From: Nitrososphaerota archaeon
GTDB taxonomy: Archaea; Thermoproteota; Nitrososphaeria; Nitrososphaerales; Gagatemarchaeaceae
Length of the DNA stretch: 34,662 nt
Assembly (NCBI GenBank): GCA_005877185.1
Contig: VBPQ01000028.1
Coordinates: forward strand, 1 to 34,662
Direction of reading: 5' to 3'
The position numbers were made by a program, and so were the translations under genes. Below are positions 1 through 9,255 of this stretch, piece after piece. Every line of letters starts with the position of its first letter. The first letter of the stretch is position 1. Below the pieces are notes generated by a model. The model saw only the letters and a list, made by a program, of their open reading frames with translations. It ran no database searches and was not told the DNA's origin.

Positions 1-1
1 C

Positions 2-919
2 GCCGCGCTGGTCCCCAGAACCCTCCCTAGGTGGCTGGCACTCCCCGCGGACGAGGTAATCTTGTGTGTGGACAAGCCCGCCAGTCAACACCTGACTGAG
101 GTCATAGGAGAGAATTCGAGGGGAGACCGCAGGCTCCGAGTCGTTGAGGTTCCAAGGGAGAGCGGCTGGCTTTTCCACCAGGCTTTCGTGAGGAGGACGG
201 GGTTCAAGTCAGCCAGGTTCGACAAGATTCTGACGGGGGACATCGACGTCATAGTAAACGAAAATGTGGTGAGGGCGGTCCAGATGGTCGGGAAGGACAA
301 CATCGGAATCGTAAACCTCCAGAAGGAAATGAGAAGCGGTTTCTTCGACATCGTCCAGAACTCGACTAGGAGGGTCATCAGGGTACTGAAGAAGGAGGCT
401 TACTTCACCGGGTTGTACGCGCTCTACAGACCGTACTGGTTGGAGACGGAAGACGAGGAGTCGGCGAAGAGGATTCCCCACCCGCTCAGACACGGAGCCC
501 TCGAGGCGGAGGACGACTTCTTCGTTGGACTCGCTTCTGGTCGGGAGGCAGCCCCTCCGCCCTATCTCGGGGATGACACCATGCTCAAGCGGGCGATGCT
601 GAAGAAATACAGGGTGGTGTCACTCCCACAGATTGGGGGTGTCGAAGTGAGGACAGAGACTGACAATAGGCCGGCCTTTCAGGCCAGGCAAGCGGTCAGG
701 TTGTTCAGGGACGGAAGGAATCTCGCATACATAACAGCGAAGTCGATGCTCTACGTGAGGGGGACGCTGCTGAAGGCTTATTCTGAACTCTTGATTACCA
801 AATTCGGGACGTGGTTCTTCCTAAAGGAGCTGCTGATGCTACCTCTGGACATCATCTTGTTCTCGGAGACTCTGGCCCTGAGAGCGATGGGGGTATCCGT
901 CAAGCGCAGAAGGTTGTGA
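2..919 (+). CDS. GT-A fold (family-2-like) glycosyltransferase, 5' end cut by the window edge
   Basis: The frame of track ORF 62..919 stays open back to nt 2. It reads AALVPRTLPRWLALPADEVILCVDKP, which aligns with DAYLVPKSLPSWLSLGAKDVVLCVDHP of the downstream paralog, so the gene starts before the window. A DxD-like TGDIDVIV motif is present. It is roughly half identical to ORF 956..1900. The family assignment is from motif pattern only. Confidence 0.55.
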   Translation, partial: AALVPRTLPRWLALPADEVILCVDKPASQHLTEVIGENSRGDRRLRVVEVPRESGWLFHQAFVRRTGFKSARFDKILTGDIDVIVNENVVRAVQMVGKDNIGIVNLQKEMRSGFFDIVQNSTRRVIRVLKKEAYFTGLYALYRPYWLETEDEESAKRIPHPLRHGALEAEDDFFVGLASGREAAPPPYLGDDTMLKRAMLKKYRVVSLPQIGGVEVRTETDNRPAFQARQAVRLFRDGRNLAYITAKSMLYVRGTLLKAYSELLITKFGTWFFLKELLMLPLDIILFSETLALRAMGVSVKRRRL

Positions 920-955
920 TGCCAATCGTCCGCCTCTCCGAGGATTTTTTCGATC

Positions 956-1900
956 GTGCTCGCCGTGGCTGAGAGAGACGCATATCTCGTTCCGAAGTCG
1001 CTCCCTTCCTGGTTGTCGTTGGGCGCGAAGGACGTAGTTCTCTGCGTCGATCATCCGGTCGGCTCGCAGCTGCTGGAAGCGATAAGGTCAGCTTCAGGCG
1101 GCGACGACAGGGTTCGAATCCTCGAAGTCCCAGAGAACAAGGAATGGCTCTTTCGGCAGGCGCTCGTGAGAAGGACGGGGTTCAGGGCGGCCAAGTATGA
1201 CAAGGTGTTGACGGGCGACGTGGACCTCGTCGTCAACCAGAACTGTCTGAAGGCCGTCGAGATGGTGGGAGAGGAGAACGTCGGTCTCGTGTCTCTGGAG
1301 AAGCGAAGAGGGGGCGGGACTCTTGGCGAGCTCATCCGAAACCTCAGCAAGAAGGCGGTCAAGGTCACGAAAAGGCGCGCGCTCTTCACAGGCCTCTATG
1401 CCCTCTACAAGCCCTACTGGCTGGACACCGAGAAGGAGGAGGAAGTCAAGATGATCCCACATCCCCATTCAGCGGACCTGCTAAGGGGCGCCGCACGATA
1501 CCTGGGAGAGGACGTGATACTCAGAGACTACATGAGAAAGAGGCACAAGGTCGTCTACCTGCCCGAGGTCGGCGGGAAAGACCTCAGGATAGCCCTCGAG
1601 GACAGGCCGGTCGTTCAGAGGAAACTGGGCGAGGGCTATTTCCTCGACGGGAGGAGCCTTTCTTACGTCCTTCCCAGGTCGATCCTTTACGCCAGGGGGA
1701 CGATGCTGGGAGTCTTTTGCGACCTAGTCGTGAGAGAGCACGGGGGCTTCTTCCTCTTGAGAGAGTTTGTCCTTTCAATCGTGGGCACACTCCGGCGAAC
1801 CCTTCTCCTTCTGCTCAGAGAGGCGGGAGAAGACGGGAATCAACTACGAGGCGGTCGGTCAACGAGCCCCCAAAGCGGGATGGAAAGAGAATCCACTTAA
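956..1900 (+). CDS. GT-A fold (family-2-like) glycosyltransferase, tandem paralog
   Basis: Collinear similarity to the upstream ORF (RILEVPENKEWLFRQALVRRTGFRAAKYDKVLTGDVDLVVNQN versus RVVEVPRESGWLFHQAFVRRTGFKSARFDKILTGDIDVIVNEN). The GTG 956 start is uncertain (see findings). Confidence 0.55.
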   Translation: MLAVAERDAYLVPKSLPSWLSLGAKDVVLCVDHPVGSQLLEAIRSASGGDDRVRILEVPENKEWLFRQALVRRTGFRAAKYDKVLTGDVDLVVNQNCLKAVEMVGEENVGLVSLEKRRGGGTLGELIRNLSKKAVKVTKRRALFTGLYALYKPYWLDTEKEEEVKMIPHPHSADLLRGAARYLGEDVILRDYMRKRHKVVYLPEVGGKDLRIALEDRPVVQRKLGEGYFLDGRSLSYVLPRSILYARGTMLGVFCDLVVREHGGFFLLREFVLSIVGTLRRTLLLLLREAGEDGNQLRGGRSTSPQSGMEREST

Positions 1901-1933
1901 AAGAATCTCACCCGAGACTGAGCCAAGAGAGAA

Positions 1934-2983
1934 TTGAAGTGGAGTAGGAAGAAGGTGGTCGTGACTGGGGGAGCCGGTTTCATCGGCTCCAATATGGTGA
2001 ACCGACTGCTCGAGCTGGGCGCGGACGTCCTAGTCGTGGACAAACTCCAGCTGGCGAGCGGCTCGCTCGCGTGGAAAAGGAAGGTTCTGCGACTGGAGGA
2101 GATATTCAAGAGGAACGGGATAAACAAGATCCCGCTAGAGATCTGCGACCTCGAAGTCGACAAGCAGAGATTCCAGATCATCGCACAGTCCGCGGACGTA
2201 GTCTTCCATCTAAGCGCTGTGTTCGGGGGAAGGGAGTTCGTAAACACCCGCCAGGCGGATTGTTCGAAGATGCTCGCAATCGACCATAACGTGATCGATG
2301 CGGCGCACGAGGCGGGAGTGGGGAGGTTCCACTACAGCTCCTCAGCCTGTGTTTACCCGGATTCGCTGCAGAAGAATCCGAAGTACCTGCTCAGGGAAGA
2401 CGACATACTCAGCACGGGTGACGGCTGGCAGAGCAGCGACAACCTCTACGGGTTCGCGAAACTGATGGGCGAGTTGCAGTGCATCGTCTACAACAGGGAG
2501 AAGGGGATGCAGACCTCCTCGTGCAGATACCTGACAGTCTACGGGATGGGAGAGTTCGATACCTCTCACGCGATCTCGGCCCTGATAGAGAAGGCCCTGG
2601 ACAGGATGGACCCCTACGTCATCTGGGGGAGTGGGAATCAGGAGAGGGGGTTCACGTACGTCGACGACATAGTAAACGGCTCAATCCTCGCCTGTGAGAA
2701 GGTCGTCGACGGCACCCCTGTCAATCTTGGCTGGGACAAGAGGTATAAGATAAGGGAGGTCGGAGAGATGATCCTCAAGATAGCGCACCACCATCCCAAG
2801 ATGGTCTTCGATAGGACGAAACCCGAAGGCCCCTTTAGCAGGGCCCTCGACATCTCCAGAGCAAAGAGGCTGCTCGAGTGGGAACCGAAAGTCGACCTCA
2901 GGGAGGGCCTCGAGAGGACGATTGAGTGGCACGGAGAAGCGCGGGCGGTCTCCGAATCTTCCGCTACCAGGTTCCGAGCATAG
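1934..2983 (+). CDS. NAD-dependent nucleotide-sugar epimerase/dehydratase (extended SDR)
   Basis: N-terminal Rossmann motif VVVTGGAGFIGS and catalytic YxxxK (YGFAKLMGE). TTG start gives MKWSRKKVVVTGGAGF. Sugar specificity cannot be read from the sequence. Confidence 0.85.
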   Translation: MKWSRKKVVVTGGAGFIGSNMVNRLLELGADVLVVDKLQLASGSLAWKRKVLRLEEIFKRNGINKIPLEICDLEVDKQRFQIIAQSADVVFHLSAVFGGREFVNTRQADCSKMLAIDHNVIDAAHEAGVGRFHYSSSACVYPDSLQKNPKYLLREDDILSTGDGWQSSDNLYGFAKLMGELQCIVYNREKGMQTSSCRYLTVYGMGEFDTSHAISALIEKALDRMDPYVIWGSGNQERGFTYVDDIVNGSILACEKVVDGTPVNLGWDKRYKIREVGEMILKIAHHHPKMVFDRTKPEGPFSRALDISRAKRLLEWEPKVDLREGLERTIEWHGEARAVSESSATRFRA

Positions 2984-3758
2984 GCGGGTAGGAACGCTTG
3001 TGGGCCGACTCGCGATGCCTGCGGAGAACCTCCTCCACGACCTCTAAGTCGACCGCCGTCTGCCGAGCCACCTCTCGCGGAGGGAGCCTCGCGTCAAGAA
3101 GGCCGTAGAGGACAAGGTCCAACGCGTCGTAATCGACCGGTATTTCGTCGGTGGCCTTGTGTCCTGCCCAGAGCTGGGGAGAGGAAGGTTTCTCGACCAC
3201 CCCACGAGGGAGGCCGAGATGGGCTCCGAGCCGCCTCACCTGCGTCTTGTACAGGTGCGCGATGGGGAGGAAGTCCACCCCTCCGTCCCCCCACTTTGTG
3301 AAATAACCTATTTGATCCTCCGACCTGTCTCCCGTTCCAGCCACGACCATCCCGAGCCGGTTCGCGAAGAAGTAGTTTATGATCATCCTGATCCGCGCCT
3401 TGGCGTTCGCTTTCGCGATCTTGTCGTCTCCCCGGAGCGGCAGAGCAGTCACTAGGGTAGAGAAGATTGGGTCTATTCTCACTTCGAAAGTCTTGACGCC
3501 CCAGCCTTCGGCCAAGATTCTTGCGTCCTCCATATCCTTCTTCGGCGTGTGAGAGGCGGGCATGAGTATTCCCACGACCTTCTCCTTCCCAAGCGCGCGG
3601 ACGCACAGCGCGCCGACGACGGAGCTGTCAATCCCCCCGCTCAGCCCCACGACAGTGCCGTTGGCCCGAGCGCCAGAAACGACCTGCTGGATAAACCGAA
3701 TTATCTCACCTTCCACCTTCGGGTAGTCAAGAGAGAGCGCATCGGAAGTGATTTGCAT
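2964..3758 (-). CDS. nadE: NH3-dependent NAD+ synthetase
   Basis: PP-loop ATP pyrophosphatase motif GLSGGIDSSV. Length of 264 aa and overall pattern (FTKWGDGGVD) are typical of NadE. Its 3' end overlaps the convergent epimerase gene by 20 nt. Confidence 0.88.
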   Translation of the reverse strand: MQITSDALSLDYPKVEGEIIRFIQQVVSGARANGTVVGLSGGIDSSVVGALCVRALGKEKVVGILMPASHTPKKDMEDARILAEGWGVKTFEVRIDPIFSTLVTALPLRGDDKIAKANAKARIRMIINYFFANRLGMVVAGTGDRSEDQIGYFTKWGDGGVDFLPIAHLYKTQVRRLGAHLGLPRGVVEKPSSPQLWAGHKATDEIPVDYDALDLVLYGLLDARLPPREVARQTAVDLEVVEEVLRRHRESAHKRSYPPMLGTW

Positions 3759-3802
3759 CAGACGGGTTGCCTCTCGTTCAACTTAAAAGAATTGAGGAGA
3801 AC

Positions 3803-5134
3803 TCACGCCCCGAAATCGGAGCCGATGCCCGCCCCAAAATACTCCGATACCCCCCTCACTTCCTCTCCGAGGAAGCGCCAGCAGTCGAGGACTTTTTTTC
3901 CCCGGAAGCTCCGGGGTGGAAGCTTCCTGAAGTCTCTCCAGGGTGTGGCGAGGATGACACAGTCGCTCCCTCTCACGCATTCTTCTGCGCTACCGGCGAA
4001 GCGGACCGAATTGTTCAGGACAGCCCTCGCGTTGTCCATCGCTGCGGGGTCGAAGACGCTGACCTCGTATCCGAGCCGGCTCAGACGCTCTGCCAGAAGG
4101 AGAGACTGCGACTCCTCCACGACGTTGGTGTCAGGCTTGTACGCCAGACCGAGCACGCCCACCTTCGCGTTCGGGTCGAGCTCAAGCCTCTTCACCAGGC
4201 CGAGAACCCGTTCCACCTGGAGAAGGTTGACTTTGTGCGTCGCCTCAGCGATCAATGCCTGCGCGCCCACACGTGAAGCGTAGCGGGCGAAGGCGACGTT
4301 GTCGCGGGGGAAACACGGTCCACCAAATCCGAGGGCGCCCCTAAGATAGCTGGGACCGATTCTCGTGTCTTTGCCGATGGCGCGAGTAATCTTGTCTACA
4401 TCCCCCCCTGGCATCCTCTCGCTCATCTCGGCGAGCGTATTCGCGAAGCTTATCTTCATGGTGACGAACGAGTTAACGGCTATCTTCGCGAGCTCGGCAT
4501 TCACAAACTCCATCCGCTCGATGGGCGGAGAGTTGCTGCAGATGCGCCTCTGCAACCCCTCCAACACCGTCCCTGCCTTCGCGTCCGACTCCCCGATCAG
4601 GATGAAGTCCGGCTCGAGCAATCCCCGAACGACGTCCCCGAGCGCGATGAACTCCGGGTTATAGCACAGCCCGAAGTCCTTCCCGCACACCCGGCCTGAA
4701 GCGCGCTCAAGCGCGGGCCTGACCACACCCTCCGTCGAGCCGGGCATCACCGTGCTTGTCAACACCACGAGGTGGTACCCCCGCTTGGTTGCCAGCTCGA
4801 AGCCTATTTTCTCCATCACAGGCTTTACGTACTCGAGGGAGAATGCGCCCGACCCGTCGCTGGGGGTCGGCACAACCACGAAAGTCGCGTCTGCATCCGC
4901 GATCGCTCCATCGTACCTCGTGGTGGCAGTGAGCCTCTTCGAGTTGCTCTTGATCAGCCCCTTGAGTCGGGGTTCGTAGACCTGGGGGTTTCCTTTGTTG
5001 ACGGCGTCGACCTTCGTCTGATCAACGTCTATTCCCCTTACATCGAAACCTCTGCTTGCTAGGACGGCAGCGAGGCAAAGGCCGAGTTTGCCGAGCCCCA
5101 CGACGGAGACGCGCCTGATTGAATTCACTGCCAA
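3803..5134 (-). CDS. Nucleotide-sugar 6-dehydrogenase (UDP-glucose/GDP-mannose dehydrogenase family)
   Basis: N-terminal VSVVGLGKLGLCLA Rossmann motif and the catalytic-Cys region GFGGPCFPRD. Length 443 aa. Confidence 0.85.
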   Translation of the reverse strand: MAVNSIRRVSVVGLGKLGLCLAAVLASRGFDVRGIDVDQTKVDAVNKGNPQVYEPRLKGLIKSNSKRLTATTRYDGAIADADATFVVVPTPSDGSGAFSLEYVKPVMEKIGFELATKRGYHLVVLTSTVMPGSTEGVVRPALERASGRVCGKDFGLCYNPEFIALGDVVRGLLEPDFILIGESDAKAGTVLEGLQRRICSNSPPIERMEFVNAELAKIAVNSFVTMKISFANTLAEMSERMPGGDVDKITRAIGKDTRIGPSYLRGALGFGGPCFPRDNVAFARYASRVGAQALIAEATHKVNLLQVERVLGLVKRLELDPNAKVGVLGLAYKPDTNVVEESQSLLLAERLSRLGYEVSVFDPAAMDNARAVLNNSVRFAGSAEECVRGSDCVILATPWRDFRKLPPRSFRGKKVLDCWRFLGEEVRGVSEYFGAGIGSDFGA

Positions 5135-5310
5135 AAATGCCCGACGCCCGCACCCGGCTCCGATGGGTGCAATAACTATTCCGAGGATTCCGGGCGCCAG
5201 CGGTGCGCGAGCGAGGGATGTCGGACCCTCGTGGTTCGAAGTCGCTTGCCTGCTAGCTATCCCAGGCTATCCCCGAGGGCCACGGCACCCCATCGGCGCG
5301 ACCAAACAGG

Positions 5311-6063
5311 CTAGCGACGAAGACGACGTGCTTTCACGATCAGGTGCCAGCCGAGTTCGTACTTGTCGGGTAGGTTGAGCTTGAACTTGCGCTGGTCGGA
5401 GAGGTCAACCACGTTGAAGTGGACGCTAACGTCAATCATCTCAAAGTGGGGCGAGAGCAGAGCCCGCGCTTCCTCCTTCGTGTAGGCTTTCGTATAGGGG
5501 CATCCGAGGATTCTTTCGCTGTAGCGAGAAAGAAGCTTCTCCTCGCTCAGCCCCTCTTTTCGGTGTGAAAAGACGATTGAGTAGGCGTAAAGGAGGCTCT
5601 CCCTGTTGTAGAGCATGCAGATCAGCTCGCCGCCGGGCTTGAGCACCCTGGCGATCGCGCCTATCGCCGGGACGACCTCCGGGATGTGGTGAAGGACTCC
5701 GAACGAATATACGCAATCGAAACTGGCATCACCGAACGGCAGCTCCGTCGCGGTTGCGCGTACCGTATCATGGGCTAGACGCGCCTCGTTGAGGAGGCTA
5801 TTCGTGCTCAGCGCCCCATTCTCCGTGAAATCGAGACTCACCACCGAGGCGCCGTTTCGTGCGAATTCGGCAGAGTCTATCCCCGATCCCGAGCCTATCT
5901 CTAGTACACGCTTTCCCTTGAAGAGGTCGAAGCGGATCACTCCGGCCATATAATCCTGGAGCGAATATCGTGATGCCCTCTTTTCTTCGTAAGGACGGTC
6001 CTCGTTCCTGAAGGTCCAGGGTACTGCTTTTTCCCAGTAGCTCACAAACTCATCCGACATCAA
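5311..6063 (-). CDS. Class I SAM-dependent methyltransferase
   Basis: Motif I VLEIGSGSGIDS, followed by VVSLDF and a post-I/II pattern (FDCVYSFGVLHHI). Confidence 0.8.
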   Translation of the reverse strand: MMSDEFVSYWEKAVPWTFRNEDRPYEEKRASRYSLQDYMAGVIRFDLFKGKRVLEIGSGSGIDSAEFARNGASVVSLDFTENGALSTNSLLNEARLAHDTVRATATELPFGDASFDCVYSFGVLHHIPEVVPAIGAIARVLKPGGELICMLYNRESLLYAYSIVFSHRKEGLSEEKLLSRYSERILGCPYTKAYTKEEARALLSPHFEMIDVSVHFNVVDLSDQRKFKLNLPDKYELGWHLIVKARRLRR

Positions 6064-6282
6064 GCGTCGAGCTCACAGGCGAACAGAGGAAGGTACGGTA
6101 GTCTTTCGGACGAGAAGCAAGGGCATGAGCCAAGGGTCACGGTCTCCGGGACTGCCCCGTGGTCTGACGGTTAGGCCCCGTTGCGCGCAGTAAGTCGCTG
6201 CGGCTGCCAACGTCTCGAACTCGTCGAGTGCGTCTATAAACCGATTGGGCGGGATGGTCTCGAGGCGGGATGGATTGAGCTT

Positions 6283-7845
6283 TCATCCACCCGCGGCGAG
6301 CGAGGAGACGATGTTGAAGAGGGTCCTCGCGTATCTCCTGAACTTATGGTCGACGACGAAAAGAACCCCGAAGTAGAGCACCGCGCCCACAATCACCGTC
6401 AGCGCCAGCCTCAGTCCGTAGGAGACGGTCTCGAGCCCAGCCGGCAGGATTGCAACCCCGAAATAGCGTACCGCGATCGCCATCACGATTCCGGAGACGA
6501 CGTACAGGGGGAGCGAGGGCGAGAGGTACAGTCTGGCCTTCCCGCTGAGCCTCCTCGCCTTCACGGCCACAAGGACGCATGATAGGGCGAGCTGTGCTAC
6601 CGCCCAGTAGGCCGCGAACTGGTACGCGGGCGCGTCGCCAGCTGCGACGTAGCTGCCGAGAAGGAAGACGATACCGATGTACACCGCGGAGTAGGTCAAG
6701 TTTGCGATGGGCACGAACATCAGGTCGCTCCTGAGGATGCTCCTGGTCCTCCCCCTCTCCTCGTCGAGGTCGGCCCTCTCTCGACCGGTCAGCGTCTGGT
6801 CGAAGACCGTGGACACGAGCGTTACGATCGCTGAGAGGGAGAGAAACTCGAGAGCCGTGCTGCTTACGACGTAAGCCGGGGAGAGGAGGTACAATATCTG
6901 GGGCGCCAGGGCGATGGCGCCAGCGGCCATCGGGATGGCGAAGAGAAGCGAGAATTCGAGCACCTCACCCATCAGCTTGTCCGAGCGCTCTCTGAGGAGG
7001 AGCGGGTAGAGAGCCACTGAAAGGAAGGTCGAATACGAGACAATCGCGGCGACCTGGAAGGCCGCTTGGTAGTAACCGGCCAAGCTAGTTCCTCCTTGGC
7101 CCACGGACGCGGCGAAGGTGTCTGCGATTCCAAGGACGTAGGTGAGCGTCATCAACCCAGGCACGTACGGGTCCCTGAGCCACTTCCGGCCGAGGGCGAA
7201 GTCCACCCTCTCCGAGCTGACAATCCTCAGCTGGAAGGTGGAGAACGCGGCCTGCACGAAGTAGGAAACGGCGATGGCGATGATCACTCCCTCGATTCTG
7301 AGCTTGAAGACGAAGAGCAACGGGTAGGCTGCGATTAGCTTCGCCGGCTCTGAGACCAAGAGTGAGTAGGCACCGATCGCCGGGTTGTACCCGCCGACCA
7401 AGGCGGAGGTGGCCTGGTTCCAGTACGAAAGAGGGACGAGGATTATCGCGAGAATGAAGGGCCCGATGCTCGAACCGACCTCCGAGTAGCTTGCGAGCGC
7501 GAAAGCCAGGAATATCGCGACTCCGAGCATGCTCGCCAAGAGGTTAAGAACAAGAGTGGTCTTCCCGACGACCTTCCCCCTGGCCACATCCCTCGCCGCC
7601 CAGTATGTGAGGAAGCCTGCGGGATAGCTGGCGAAGACAATGAGGTCGACGATGAACTCCCAGAGCCCGAGTTGCGCGGGCGGCAGCCACCTGGCCACCA
7701 TGACGAGGAAGACGAAACCCGTGGCGGCGCTGACGATTCTAGAGCCGAAGACGATCAGCCCTGTCATCCGAGGCCTCACAGCTGAGCTCAACTCATGCGC
7801 ACCCGCAACCTCAATGAAATCACTGATAAGTGGAGTGCGTTTCAT
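6283..7845 (-). CDS. Polysaccharide/oligosaccharide flippase (MOP/Wzx-like), polytopic membrane protein
   Basis: 520 aa, with about 12-14 hydrophobic segments throughout, located in a glycan cluster. An alternative start is the internal MTGLIVFG (codon 27). Confidence 0.65.
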   Translation of the reverse strand: MKRTPLISDFIEVAGAHELSSAVRPRMTGLIVFGSRIVSAATGFVFLVMVARWLPPAQLGLWEFIVDLIVFASYPAGFLTYWAARDVARGKVVGKTTLVLNLLASMLGVAIFLAFALASYSEVGSSIGPFILAIILVPLSYWNQATSALVGGYNPAIGAYSLLVSEPAKLIAAYPLLFVFKLRIEGVIIAIAVSYFVQAAFSTFQLRIVSSERVDFALGRKWLRDPYVPGLMTLTYVLGIADTFAASVGQGGTSLAGYYQAAFQVAAIVSYSTFLSVALYPLLLRERSDKLMGEVLEFSLLFAIPMAAGAIALAPQILYLLSPAYVVSSTALEFLSLSAIVTLVSTVFDQTLTGRERADLDEERGRTRSILRSDLMFVPIANLTYSAVYIGIVFLLGSYVAAGDAPAYQFAAYWAVAQLALSCVLVAVKARRLSGKARLYLSPSLPLYVVSGIVMAIAVRYFGVAILPAGLETVSYGLRLALTVIVGAVLYFGVLFVVDHKFRRYARTLFNIVSSLAAGG

Positions 7846-7862
7846 TCACGGCACGGCAAAGA

Positions 7863-7876
7863 TTAATATCGCTGGC
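7863..7876 (+). promoter_or_regulatory. TATA-box-containing promoter motif TTAATATCGCTGGC upstream of rpoE'
   Basis: An AT-rich octamer in a GC-rich 59-bp divergent intergenic region, 42 nt upstream of ATG 7905. An identical 14-mer recurs at 9224..9237. Confidence 0.5.
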
Positions 7877-7904
7877 ACAAAGTGAGGGCCGTTCCCGAAG
7901 CGTT

Positions 7905-8486
7905 ATGTTTGAACTTGTGAGTCTAGCGGATGTTGTAAGGGTCCCTCCGGACAAGTTCGGGTCGCCTCTCGAGGACGTATCGCTCGACCTCCTGAAGCTC
8001 AAGTACGAAAGCACGATCAACCCCGAACACGGATATCTCATCCTTGTGACGAAGGTGGAAGTCGACCGGGTCGGGAAGATAATAGCGGGAGATGGCGCGA
8101 CTTACCATAAGGTAAGGTTCGAAGTACTGACCTTCTATCCTCTGAAGCAGGAGCTCGTGGAGGGTGAGATAGTCGAGGTGACCGACTTCGGGGCCTTCGT
8201 CAGGATAGGGCCGGCGGACGCACTTCTCCACCTAAGCCAGATAATGGACGACTATCTCACGAGCGACGTGAAGTCCGGGATCATCACCGCTTCGCAGAGC
8301 AAGAGGACACTGAGGGTCGGCTCGAAGGTGAGAGTGAGGATAACCGCCGTCAGCCTGGGACACGGCATCTCGATGGGGAAGATAGGGGTGACGTGCAGGC
8401 AGCCTTACCTGGGCGCGCTCGAATGGATCGAAGACGATATAGCGAAGGCGCAGAAGACGGCGAAGGCTGAGGCCAGGGCCGTCTAG
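7905..8486 (+). CDS. rpoE: DNA-directed RNA polymerase subunit E' (Rpo7)
   Basis: MFELVSLADVVRVPPDKFG N-terminus plus a C-terminal S1-like domain (VEGEIVEVTDFGAFVRIGP). The start is moved from track position 7830 to ATG 7905, because the upstream 25 codons overlap the flippase start and the promoter. Confidence 0.9.
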   Translation: MFELVSLADVVRVPPDKFGSPLEDVSLDLLKLKYESTINPEHGYLILVTKVEVDRVGKIIAGDGATYHKVRFEVLTFYPLKQELVEGEIVEVTDFGAFVRIGPADALLHLSQIMDDYLTSDVKSGIITASQSKRTLRVGSKVRVRITAVSLGHGISMGKIGVTCRQPYLGALEWIEDDIAKAQKTAKAEARAV

Positions 8487-8502
8487 CCGGAGGGGGAGTG
8501 AG

Positions 8503-8688
8503 ATGAAGGAGATGGCCTGCAGGAGGTGCAGAACGCTGACCAACGAGAAGGTCTGCCCCAACTGCGGCAACACCGAGTTCAGCAACGAGTGGTCGGGGCT
8601 GATAATCGTGCTTAACCCTGCGAAGTCGCAGGTCGCGAAGACCCTGGGGATCACAAAGCCTGGCAGGTACGCCCTCAAGGTAAGCTAG
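8503..8688 (+). CDS. spt4: Transcription elongation factor Spt4 (RpoE'')
   Basis: 61 aa with a Zn ribbon CRRC...CPNC, followed by SNEWSGLIIVLNP...GRYALKV. A GGAGGGGGAG Shine-Dalgarno (SD) sequence lies upstream. Position after rpoE' is conserved. Confidence 0.9.
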   Translation: MKEMACRRCRTLTNEKVCPNCGNTEFSNEWSGLIIVLNPAKSQVAKTLGITKPGRYALKVS

Positions 8689-8699
8689 AGGGGCGGCCC

Positions 8700-9227
8700 A
8701 TGCCTCTCAAAGAATATCGGCTCCCGAGTTCTCTCAGAGAGAGGCTGGCCAAGCCGATCGGGGAGCTCTTCAAGGATGAGGAGATGAACGGGCGAGCCTT
8801 CAGGTCGGAGGTCGAGAAGGCCACCTTCGTGATCACGGTGGGGGACAGGGTCACCGAGAGGATTGCCGAGCTTGGGAGAATCCCGGAGGTGCACGTCATC
8901 GATGGAAGGGAGAGGAGGGTGGAGAGAAGAATGCCGGACGTGCAGTACAGACGGTTGATCAGGGTGAGGAACCCCCCGGGCACGATAACCAACGAGGCCC
9001 TCGGCGGGATCGCCGAAGCTGTCAAGGAGAGGGAGGGGCCGGTGAGGGTCCTCGTCGAGGGGGAGGAGGACCTCCTCGCAATCGCGGCCGTTGCCTCGGC
9101 ACCCATCAGCTCAAGCATTTACTACGGGCAGCCTCTCGTTGGGGTGGTCCTCGTCAGGGTAGACAGGGCCGCGAAGAGGCGCAACGGGGAGATCCTGAAA
9201 GAGATGGGTGTCCCGGAGTCAGGTTAA
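8700..9227 (+). CDS. DUF359 family protein (GTP-dependent dephospho-CoA kinase type)
   Basis: Family motifs ITVGDRVT, IPEVHVIDGRERR, NPPGTIT, GEEDLLAI and YYGQPLVGVV. Conserved archaeal neighbourhood rpoE-spt4-DUF359-S24e-S27ae. Confidence 0.8.
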   Translation: MPLKEYRLPSSLRERLAKPIGELFKDEEMNGRAFRSEVEKATFVITVGDRVTERIAELGRIPEVHVIDGRERRVERRMPDVQYRRLIRVRNPPGTITNEALGGIAEAVKEREGPVRVLVEGEEDLLAIAAVASAPISSSIYYGQPLVGVVLVRVDRAAKRRNGEILKEMGVPESG

Positions 9228-9237
9228 TATCGCTGGC
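9224..9237 (+). promoter_or_regulatory. Second copy of TTAATATCGCTGGC promoter motif, upstream of S24e
   Basis: Identical 14-mer to 7863..7876. It overlaps the TAA stop of the DUF359 gene and lies 32 nt upstream of TTG 9256, with GGAGGAGAAGG in between. Confidence 0.5.
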
Positions 9238-9255
9238 CGTCAAGGAGGAGAAGGT

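Noticed and set aside
917-919. Possible TGA recoding (stop reassignment), suggested by the in-frame TGA between the two GT paralogs.
   Set aside because: TGA terminates several genes here exactly at their conserved C-termini: L13 (...GWSE*), S13, glmS (...SVTVK*), rpoD and IPK. It therefore functions as a normal stop in this genome.
5233-5241. tRNA T-arm-like strings: GGTTCGAAG at 5233-5241 and GGGTTCGGAATGACGAATCC at 12899-12918.
   Set aside because: The flanking bases do not form a T-stem, and no acceptor, D or anticodon arms could be drawn on either strand. I found no cloverleaf anywhere in the window.
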